DNA of 59,728 nt, counting the filler. It is 7 parts of 7 records of this genome, joined end to end, with 100 filler letters (N's around TTAATTAATTAA, not from the genome) between each part and the next. Parts side by side here need not be neighbours in the genome. Positions count along the whole stretch, not along the records: positions 9,488 to 21,370 come from SRR2962707_3034; 6 more parts are not named here. One strand, written 5' to 3'. The number at the start of each line of letters is the position of its first letter. Position 1 is the stretch's first letter. Below are positions 10,028-17,958 of this stretch, piece by piece. The notes beneath the pieces are model-generated. The model searched no databases. It saw nothing but the letters and a program-made list of their open reading frames with translations, and was not told where the DNA came from. Both the position numbers and the translations under genes were made by a program.

Positions 10028-10262
10028 CTTACTCACACGAGGACCGCCGAGTGGCCGCATAAAGAGCCACGGACGGCCCCGAATAGCCCCTCTTCTGCCC
10101 CCGGCATGCCCCCCGTGCGCGGGGGTCTTCTTTGGCGCATACACCGCCTGGGGCGCGCGGGCCCCGCACCACGCCAGCAACAAGCCAGCAACAAGGTTGA
10201 CGCCCCTCATGGCATCCGACAATTTGAACAGGCCGCATGTCAGCGCATGGCCGGGAAAGCTC

Positions 10263-12500
10263 ATGAAAAACAGGGATTTGGCGCCGGGCGACACCGCCGG
10301 CGCAAGCGAAGACGCCAAGGCGCCCCAGAAGGCTGCCGAGACGGAGGCCGAACCGCGCGTGCAAGCCGCGAATGAGGACAGCCCGACGGGCGGCGCGCTC
10401 TACCGCATGATCGCGCGGCGGCCCTCGAAACGCATTTTCGGCGCGGCGGCGCTGGCGAGCCTGCTCTGCATCGGCGCGGAGGCGGCTTACCTCTGGGGGC
10501 TCTACGGCATCGAGGGACTGCAGACGCTGACGCAGCTCGAGACCGGGCTGATCGCCGCGGCGGCGGTGGCGCCCGTCACGCTGATCTGGATGCTCGCCTG
10601 GACGGTCTGGCGCGGACAGGAAATGCGGCTGATGTCGGAGGCGCTGGCGCGCACCGCGATCCGGCTTTCGGACCCGGAGGATTTTGCGACCGGCCAGATC
10701 GCGACGATCTCGGCCGCCGTGCGCCGCGAACTCGGCGAAATGCGCGACGGACTCGACGCGGCGCTGAAACAGGCGAACGAATTGAAGGAACTGGTGGAGC
10801 GCGAGGTCGAGGAAATCGACCGGGGCACGGGCCGCGCCGAGTTCCGCACACGGACGATGGAAGACCTGCTCTCCCGCCACAAGCAGGGCCTGGAAGAAAT
10901 CGCCCGCACCATGGGCAGCGAGAGCGACACGATCTCGCGCGCGATCCGCGAACAGGTGGACGCCGTGCGTGGGCTGACCGGCAAGGCGGAGGACGACCTC
11001 GACGCGGCAGGCAAACGCATCGCCGAACAGGCGGAAGTGCTGTCGCGCACCAGCGAGGCCGCGCGCGCGGGCGCGGACCAGACGGCGGCCATGCTCGACC
11101 GGCAGTCCTCGCGCCTCGAAGTCGTGGCGGAGGCGGCGCTGTCGAAGGCGGATGAAATCGGTAAAGGTTATGAGCGCCAGCGCGAGACGATCGCGGAAGC
11201 GGCGGGACGGCTGGAACGCGAACACGAACGGCTCAGCACCGTGTTCGAGGCGCATCGCGACGGCATGGAAGCGGCGAACAAGTCGCTCGCCCACCACACG
11301 GCGGAAATCGGCCGGGCGGTTTCGAGCCTCGGCGCAGGCCTCGACACGACATTCGAGACGGCGGCGTCCCGCGCGGCGGCCTTGCGCGAAAGCATCGCCG
11401 AAGAAGTCCGGCGCGGCGCGGCGGAAGCAGCCGACGCTTCCACGGCGGTCAGCCGTTCGGCGGGCGCGGCGACACGCGCCATCGGTGCGACGGTGGACGA
11501 ATTGAAGGCGGCCTCCGGCGCGCTGGCGAACGATGTTTCGCGCGCGGCGAGCGAGGCGATTGCCGCGACGACGGAAAAGCTGACCGCGGCGACGGCGACC
11601 ATGAGCCGCGATGTCGCACAGGCGACGGAGAAGCTCTCCACCGATGTCGGCGCGAAGACGGAAGAACTGCGCGCGCTCGCCGAAGGCGCGGCGTCGGACA
11701 GCGAGACGGCGGCCGAACGCTTCAACGCCGCGATGATCCGCCTTGGCGGCACGGCGAAGGAAGCGGGCCGCGCGCTGCACGAGGCGACGGACGACCTCGC
11801 GCAACGCATCAATGAATTGCCGGAGGAAGCGGCGGGAAGCGCAACAGCGCTGCGCGACGTGCTGGAGGAGCAGGTCTCGGCGCTTGCGACCATCGCCGAA
11901 ATCGTGGTGCGCCATGCCCGCACGCTCGACCGCGCGACGCAGCCCGTGCCGCAGCGGCGCGAAACGGATTTTCCGCGCCCGGCCCAACCTCGCGAGTTGT
12001 CCCGCGAAATGCCGCGCGAGCAACTGCCGCCGGCAGGCGGCACGCAACGGCGCTGGGGCATGTCCGACCTGCTCGCCGCCGCCGAACGGCGCACGGGCGA
12101 GCATAACGAGGCGCTGCACCGGGGCACCGAGCGCGACTTCCAGCGCGCCTCGCTCCATGTGATCGAGACGCTGCAGGCGCTCGCCATCGACCTCGACCGG
12201 GCGCTTGAAGAAAGCCCGCCGCCGGAACTCTGGCAGCGTTATCAGGCGGGCGAACGCAACGTCTTCGCGCGCCGCCTCTACAACATGGCGGGGCGCGAGC
12301 TTTACGACCGGATCGGCCAGAAATACCGCAAGGACGGCGAGTTCCGTGGCCATGTCGACCGCTTCGTGTCGAGCTTCGAGGAACTGCTCGGCGCGGCAAG
12401 CGGCCGCGACCGCGACAACATCCTCGTCGATACTTATCTCACGTCGGATACCGGCAAGGTCTATCTCATTCTCGGCCAGGCGATCGGGAAGCTTTCCTAG
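10263..12500 (+). CDS. Polar landmark/growth-pole protein, GPR/RgsE/TipN-like
   Basis: Two N-terminal TM helices, long Ala-rich apolipoprotein-like coiled coil, and conserved C-terminus LWQRYQAGERNVFARRLY...YLTSDTGKVY. Start chosen at ATG 10263 (ORF track starts at 10197). Confidence 0.75.
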   Translation: MKNRDLAPGDTAGASEDAKAPQKAAETEAEPRVQAANEDSPTGGALYRMIARRPSKRIFGAAALASLLCIGAEAAYLWGLYGIEGLQTLTQLETGLIAAAAVAPVTLIWMLAWTVWRGQEMRLMSEALARTAIRLSDPEDFATGQIATISAAVRRELGEMRDGLDAALKQANELKELVEREVEEIDRGTGRAEFRTRTMEDLLSRHKQGLEEIARTMGSESDTISRAIREQVDAVRGLTGKAEDDLDAAGKRIAEQAEVLSRTSEAARAGADQTAAMLDRQSSRLEVVAEAALSKADEIGKGYERQRETIAEAAGRLEREHERLSTVFEAHRDGMEAANKSLAHHTAEIGRAVSSLGAGLDTTFETAASRAAALRESIAEEVRRGAAEAADASTAVSRSAGAATRAIGATVDELKAASGALANDVSRAASEAIAATTEKLTAATATMSRDVAQATEKLSTDVGAKTEELRALAEGAASDSETAAERFNAAMIRLGGTAKEAGRALHEATDDLAQRINELPEEAAGSATALRDVLEEQVSALATIAEIVVRHARTLDRATQPVPQRRETDFPRPAQPRELSREMPREQLPPAGGTQRRWGMSDLLAAAERRTGEHNEALHRGTERDFQRASLHVIETLQALAIDLDRALEESPPPELWQRYQAGERNVFARRLYNMAGRELYDRIGQKYRKDGEFRGHVDRFVSSFEELLGAASGRDRDNILVDTYLTSDTGKVYLILGQAIGKLS

Positions 12501-13171
12501 CTCCCCTCGCCCGCCGCGAGAGATTGTTCGAGCGTCCAGGCCGCGATGTCGATGAGCACAACATCGAGCGCTTCGTCATAGGCCGCGACGACACCATCCA
12601 TCCCGCCAGCCGAAGAGGCTTCCGCCGAGAACGCGCGAGAGGCGATGATCGTCCGGTCGCGCGCGCGCAGGAGGCGCACGAAAAGCTCCACCCTGACCTT
12701 CGTGCCGCCTTCGCCTAAGCCCGCACCCGACGGGCGGTAGGCCGAGAAGGAGCGGATGTCGCCGACCAGCGCCTGATCCATGCGCGCGCTGGCGCCCGGC
12801 CCGATGACGGCGGGAAAGCTGCCGGTGCCCGCCAGCGTTTCGACGAGAAGCGAGGCGATCATGCGGGGGGAACGGTCGCTCCAGCGCGCGCCGGCATAAT
12901 AGGCGATCTGGTTTTCGCTCTGCATGAAGACGATGCGCGTCGTATCGACCGCGGCGGGCGCGGAAAACTCCTCGACGACAAGCTGCACCTGCGATTGCGG
13001 CGCACCGGGCGTGGACTCGACGGCGGGCGCCGTCAAGACATAGAGCGAGGGCGCCGGGCCGCCGCCGATATCGGCAAGCGCACAGCCGCCAAGCGGCGCA
13101 AGCGCGGCGAGAAGAAGAAGCGCACGCCGCGCCGGTTTTGCAATTCGATCCATGATCGCTTCCCCCATCAT
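12497..13171 (-). CDS. ABC-type transport auxiliary lipoprotein (PqiC-like)
   Basis: Lipobox LGGC, YYAGARWSD motif; last gene of the MCE operon. Confidence 0.85.
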   Translation of the reverse strand: MMGEAIMDRIAKPARRALLLLAALAPLGGCALADIGGGPAPSLYVLTAPAVESTPGAPQSQVQLVVEEFSAPAAVDTTRIVFMQSENQIAYYAGARWSDRSPRMIASLLVETLAGTGSFPAVIGPGASARMDQALVGDIRSFSAYRPSGAGLGEGGTKVRVELFVRLLRARDRTIIASRAFSAEASSAGGMDGVVAAYDEALDVVLIDIAAWTLEQSLAAGEGS

Positions 13172-14076
13172 TCCGCTTCCACTTCGGGCACGCCGTTGCC
13201 GACCAGGAACTGCGCCGGATTATCTTCCGCGCTCGTCGCGATGCGATCGAGCGACGATACGAGCGCCCGCGTCTCGGAGACGAGCTGCGGCAATTGCGCG
13301 AGACCCGCACCGACACCCGGCCCGCCCTGCTTGAGAATGGCGTCGAGTTCTTCAGCGACATCGCGGTAAGCCCGCGCGGCCTCGCGTGCATCCGCAATGA
13401 AGACCTTGACGTCGTTCTTCATGAGGTCATCGGCGCTGCGGCTGATGCTGTTGAGGTTCTTCGAGGCTTGCGACAATTGCGTGATCGCGATCTCGACATC
13501 ATCGGAACTGTCGGCGAGCGTTTTCGAGAGGGTCGCGACGTTGTTGAGCGTCTCGTTCACAGCCTTCTGATTGTCGATGACGACCTTGTTCAGCTCCCTC
13601 ATGAGTTCGTTCGCGCTCTGCAGCGTTTCCGGCCCGGCCTTGAGCAGATCCTGCAACGAGGACGGCGCAGCGCGGATGACCGGATATTCCTGCCCGGGCC
13701 TGGCGCGCAGCTCCGCCGACTCCGGACTGCCGCCGGTAAGCTGAATGAAGGCGACGCCGGTGAGGCCGGAGAGTTCAAGCTGTGCGACGGAGTCTTCCTT
13801 CACGGGCGTGCGCGCATCGAGTTCGATGATCGCGACCACCTTGTTCGGGTTGCGCTCCATCAGATAGAGGTCGCGCACCTTGCCGACCGGCAGGCCGTTA
13901 TACTGCACCGCCCCGGACTCAGAAAGGCCGGACACCGACCCGTCGAAGATGATCTTGTAATAGGCGAACTGCTTGTTGAGCTGCACGCCGCTGATCCAGA
14001 GCATGAACAGGAAGGTGCCGATCACGGTCAGTATCGTGAAGGCGCCGATCAGGACATTGTTGGATTTGATTTCCAT
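13168..14076 (-). CDS. mlaD: MCE/MlaD family protein
   Basis: N-terminal TM helix, SVSGL...VQYNGLPVGKV MCE motif and helical C-terminal region. Confidence 0.9.
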   Translation of the reverse strand: MEIKSNNVLIGAFTILTVIGTFLFMLWISGVQLNKQFAYYKIIFDGSVSGLSESGAVQYNGLPVGKVRDLYLMERNPNKVVAIIELDARTPVKEDSVAQLELSGLTGVAFIQLTGGSPESAELRARPGQEYPVIRAAPSSLQDLLKAGPETLQSANELMRELNKVVIDNQKAVNETLNNVATLSKTLADSSDDVEIAITQLSQASKNLNSISRSADDLMKNDVKVFIADAREAARAYRDVAEELDAILKQGGPGVGAGLAQLPQLVSETRALVSSLDRIATSAEDNPAQFLVGNGVPEVEAE

Positions 14077-14081
14077 AGCCG

Positions 14082-14855
14082 TTATTTGCCCGCAAGAGCC
14101 GCGCGCGCCCGCGGCCCGTGAAAATATTCGTGAACCCAGGGATGGCTGCTACGCAACATGTCGTCGATCGTCCCGACAAGGATAACATGCTTCTCCGCAA
14201 GCACGGCTATCCGGTCGCAGGTGGCATGAAGCGAGTCGAGGTCGTGCGTGACGAGGAAGACGGTGAGCCCGAGCGTCTCCTTCAGGTCGTTGATGAGTTC
14301 GTCGAAGGCGGCGGCACCGATAGGATCGAGGCCGGCCGTCGGCTCGTCGAGAAAGAGGATTTCGGGGTCGAGCGCGAGGGCCCGCGCGAGCCCGGCGCGC
14401 TTGCGCATGCCGCCCGAAAGCTCTGAAGGGTAAAGCGCGCCCGCCGTATCGCGCAGGCCGACCATCGCGACCTTGATCGCGGCAAGCTCATCCATCAATT
14501 GCTGCGAGAGGTGGAGATGCTCGCGGTAGGGAACCTGGATGTTTTCCGCGACCGTGAGCGCGGAGAACAGCGCGCCGTCCTGGAAAAGAACGCCCCAGCG
14601 CTGCTCGTTCTTGCGGCGCTCCTCCTCCGGCAGTTCCGTGAAATCGATACCGAAGACGCGGACACGCCCCGCATCCGGCTTCTTGAGGCCGAGGATCGTG
14701 CGGAGCAACACCGACTTGCCGGTGCCCGAACCGCCGACAATGCCGATCACCTCGCCGCGCTTCACGGTGAGGTCGAGGTTCTCATGGATCACATGATCGC
14801 CGAAGCGCGTGTCGATCCCTTCGACCTCGATGATGGGTTCACCCTTCTTCACCAT
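14082..14855 (-). CDS. mlaF: MlaF-type ABC transporter ATP-binding protein
   Basis: GGSGTGKS, LSGGMRKRAGLARALALDP, DEPTAGLDP. Confidence 0.93.
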   Translation of the reverse strand: MVKKGEPIIEVEGIDTRFGDHVIHENLDLTVKRGEVIGIVGGSGTGKSVLLRTILGLKKPDAGRVRVFGIDFTELPEEERRKNEQRWGVLFQDGALFSALTVAENIQVPYREHLHLSQQLMDELAAIKVAMVGLRDTAGALYPSELSGGMRKRAGLARALALDPEILFLDEPTAGLDPIGAAAFDELINDLKETLGLTVFLVTHDLDSLHATCDRIAVLAEKHVILVGTIDDMLRSSHPWVHEYFHGPRARAALAGK

Positions 14856-14857
14856 GC

Positions 14858-16033
14858 TCAGATGCCCACCGAGGTGAAGAACATGGCGAACAGCGCATCG
14901 AGCACGATGACAAGGAAGATCGAGCGCACGACCGAACTCGTCGTCATGGCGCCGACGGATTCGGCGCTGCCGGTGACGGAGAGGCCCGCCCGGCAGCCGA
15001 CCAGCGCGATCACAATCGCCATGAAAGGCGCCTTGATGAGGCCGACGGCGATGGTCCAGAAATCAACCGCACTCGCGACCCGCTCGATATAGACGGCGGG
15101 CGACATGCCGAGCATGACCTGCACGACGAGGCCGCCGCCGAGAAGCCCCATGATGTCGGCAATGAAGGTGAGGAGCGGCAGCGTGATCATGAGCGCGGCG
15201 ACACGCGGCACAATCAGCATATCCATCGGATCGAGGCCGAGCGTGCGCATGGCGTCGATTTCCTCGCGCATTTTCATCGACCCGATTTCCGCCGTGAAGG
15301 CGCTGCCCGAGCGGCCCGCGACGATGATCGCCGTCAGCAGCAGGCCGACCTCGCGCAGGAAGATGATGGCGATGAGATTGACCGTGAAGACTTCCGCACC
15401 GAAGGTCCGAAGCTGCACCGCGCCCTGCTGCGCGACGACGGCGCCGATCAGGAAGGTCAGCAGACAGACGAGCGGCAGCGCATCGAAGCCCGACTTTTCC
15501 ATGTGATGAACGAAGGGCACCATGCGGAACCGGCTCGGATGGGCGATGGTGCGCCCGATAACGGCCATGACTTCGCCGATGAAACCGAGCATGCCGCGCG
15601 CCTCGGCACCGATGGCGCGCGTCGTCTCGCCGATCTTGCCGACGATTTCAATATGAAGCGGAGGCCCCGGAACCCGCACCGGCTCCGGGATGCCGCAGGA
15701 ATCGATCTTGTCGAGAAGGAGCCGCTGCGCGTCGTTGACGCCCTTGAGGTCGACCTTGAGCCCGCGCTCGCCGAGAAAGAAGGCGGTGCGCTCAAGCACG
15801 GTTGCGGATGCGGTGTCGAAGCGGGAAATGCCCGAGAAATCGATGACGGCGCTGTCGGCCTCGATCTCGCCGGAGGTGATCGCGCGAAGCTCCTGGTCGA
15901 CGGGATCGAGATGCGTGATCGACCAATCGCCGGTTGCCTCGATGCGAAGCACGCGATTCTCGATACCGATCTGGCAGGTGGCTGCCCCCTCAGGCCGCGC
16001 GCCCCGTTCGTTGCGTTGTTCCAACCCGGCCAA
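14858..16033 (-). CDS. mlaE: MlaE-type permease with N-terminal STAS domain
   Basis: GRSGSAFTAEIGSMKMREEIDA motif; STAS-like DFSGISRFDTA. Probable TTG start at 16033 (ORF track starts at 16147). Confidence 0.9.
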   Translation of the reverse strand: MAGLEQRNERGARPEGAATCQIGIENRVLRIEATGDWSITHLDPVDQELRAITSGEIEADSAVIDFSGISRFDTASATVLERTAFFLGERGLKVDLKGVNDAQRLLLDKIDSCGIPEPVRVPGPPLHIEIVGKIGETTRAIGAEARGMLGFIGEVMAVIGRTIAHPSRFRMVPFVHHMEKSGFDALPLVCLLTFLIGAVVAQQGAVQLRTFGAEVFTVNLIAIIFLREVGLLLTAIIVAGRSGSAFTAEIGSMKMREEIDAMRTLGLDPMDMLIVPRVAALMITLPLLTFIADIMGLLGGGLVVQVMLGMSPAVYIERVASAVDFWTIAVGLIKAPFMAIVIALVGCRAGLSVTGSAESVGAMTTSSVVRSIFLVIVLDALFAMFFTSVGI

Positions 16034-16238
16034 AATTCCCCCGATTTCCGCCGTTGAGTGCCGCGTGCCCGCCAGCGGACCCCCGGTATCGGCCAATGTG
16101 CCTGCCCCGCCGCCGGACGGCAAGCGCCGCGCCAGTCTGTCGCACACCCTTCACTTTAAATCGATTTAGGATAGGTTGCGTTCCAGCCGGTGACCCGAAA
16201 AGTCGCTGGAAGACAAGGTTTCTTTGAAGAGGTGCGTG

Positions 16239-16652
16239 ATGCGCGGGTTTTGGACGGGATTTCTGGGTATCGCCGTGGCGATGACGATATCGGGCGCGGC
16301 CTTCGCGGAAGAGGGCCCGGACCTTGCCCCCGACCTCGCCAAGGGTCAGAAGATTTTCGCCCGCTGCAAAGCCTGCCACACGCTGGAAGAAGGCGGCGCC
16401 GACCGCATCGGCCCGAACCTCTACGGCGTTTTCGGCCGCACCGCCGGCACGAAGGAAGGCTACTCCTATTCGGCTGCGATGAAGGAACATGGGGCCGACG
16501 GTCTCGTCTGGTCGGACGAGACGCTGATGACCTATCTCGAAAAGCCCGCCGCCATGGTGCCGGGCGGCAGCATGTCCTTCCCCGGTCTGAAAAAGGAAGC
16601 GGACCGCGTGAACCTCATTGGATATCTGAAGAGCGAGACCGGCGCCGAATAA
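16239..16652 (+). CDS. Class I cytochrome c (c2/c550-like)
   Basis: Signal peptide, CKACH haem motif, IGPNL and distal Met in PGGSM. Confidence 0.93.
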   Translation: MRGFWTGFLGIAVAMTISGAAFAEEGPDLAPDLAKGQKIFARCKACHTLEEGGADRIGPNLYGVFGRTAGTKEGYSYSAAMKEHGADGLVWSDETLMTYLEKPAAMVPGGSMSFPGLKKEADRVNLIGYLKSETGAE

Positions 16653-16673
16653 CGCCGGTCCCTCCCCTTCTCG

Positions 16674-17279
16674 TCACAGCATCTTTTCGCGCGCATGCTC
16701 CGCGCGCGCGGCGCCGATTGCGGTTTCCACTTCCTTGACCTCTTCGGGCGGCGGAAGCACCGCCGGGAAGCCGAGCGCGTCGATCCACAATTCCCGCGTC
16801 CAGCCGGTCGTATGATAGAGGTGGTGATCCTCGTCATGACCGATCGTCTCACGGGCTTCCGCGAGCACCTTCTTCACATCGCCGGTCGTGTTTTCGGCGA
16901 CATGCTCGATCAACTCCCAGTTCAGGTGGTCCTTGGTTTCGGCAAGCACGACGCACTCGCCCGCGACGAGCTGCGCGGCGTCCGCATCGCCTTCCGCCTT
17001 CGCCATCTCCATCGCCTTCACGAGCGACTGGCCGATATGGGCGACGACCTTGCGGCCGGGCGTCTGTGCCTCGGGGTCGAGACCGAGCTTCTCGAACGCC
17101 ACGAGGAGCGTCTTGTGATGGGTCTTCGTCTCGTCGAGATAGTCCTGCCATTCTTCCTTCAGATCGTCGTTCACCGCGCAGGAGATTGCCGTCTTGTAAA
17201 TCTCGATACCGCCAGCCTCGGTTTCGAGCGCCTGGTAGAGCAATTCGTGAAGCTGGGTTTCGTTGGCTTTCTTCGCCAT
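16674..17279 (-). CDS. Ferritin-like (DUF892/YciF-like) stress protein
   Basis: Four-helix ExxH-type motifs (ETEAGG, DETKTH, ETKDH, EDHH); RBS ggagg before ATG 17279. Confidence 0.7.
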   Translation of the reverse strand: MAKKANETQLHELLYQALETEAGGIEIYKTAISCAVNDDLKEEWQDYLDETKTHHKTLLVAFEKLGLDPEAQTPGRKVVAHIGQSLVKAMEMAKAEGDADAAQLVAGECVVLAETKDHLNWELIEHVAENTTGDVKKVLAEARETIGHDEDHHLYHTTGWTRELWIDALGFPAVLPPPEEVKEVETAIGAARAEHAREKML

Positions 17280-17354
17280 CGCACGTACCTCCATTGATCC
17301 TCCCTCGCGGGAGGTTAGGCTGAACAAAAAATCGGGACGCTAGCTACCGGCTTT

Positions 17355-17648
17355 TCAGGATGCCGCGGCAACCCGGTATTCGCTTTCCATGCCGACATAG
17401 TCGATCCGCCATCCGGGCGCCGGATCACCGACCGGCTGGATGTAGATAATGGGCGGGTGGCAATCGACATGGCCTTCCCAGACCGGGCCATTCGCGACGA
17501 TCGGCATTTCGTAATCGGGCCCGACATAAATAAGGAGGCCACCATTAGGCGGCGCGATGGTCACCCTCAACAACACAGTGATGGCCTGAGGCGGCACGAG
17601 CCCTGAGAGATCAACCTCGGTCGCATTCGAAAGCAGTTTACTGGACAT
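17355..17648 (-). CDS. Hypothetical beta-rich protein (~97 aa)
   Basis: Protein-like part of ORF 17355..17909 from MSSKLLS; lies downstream of an EcfG-type promoter. Confidence 0.55.
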   Translation of the reverse strand: MSSKLLSNATEVDLSGLVPPQAITVLLRVTIAPPNGGLLIYVGPDYEMPIVANGPVWEGHVDCHPPIIYIQPVGDPAPGWRIDYVGMESEYRVAAAS

Positions 17649-17739
17649 CGTTTTTTCCGTTGTTGTCCGAGCTTCCTCATTCGGGCGCAAGCAAGCGCCC
17701 GTGAGACCTGTAGCCCCTGTTGAAGAATCGCTCATCGTA

Positions 17740-17765
17740 AACGGCCATGTGGCTCTTCCGGTTCC
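17740..17765 (-). promoter_or_regulatory. sigma-EcfG (general stress response) promoter
   Basis: Minus strand GGAAC-N17-CGTT matches the alphaproteobacterial EcfG consensus, upstream of the hypothetical and ferritin-like genes. Confidence 0.7.
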
Positions 17766-17958
17766 GCCACCGCCGACCGATTTTTGGCAGGGTTCCGGGA
17801 AAATCGGCACATCGACACTCCGTCTTTTTTGGAACGGAAGCTGCAACAGCAGAGCCGAGGGCCTGTATGCTTGTTCCGGATCGGGACACAGACGGGCCGA
17901 TAGGTTCATTATGGGGCATTACCCGCGCAACCTGTGCCGCGCGGGCGAGTAGTGAGAC

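Noticed and set aside
10029-12353. 774-aa antisense ORF
   Set aside because: Shadow of a high-GC coding strand; no motifs.
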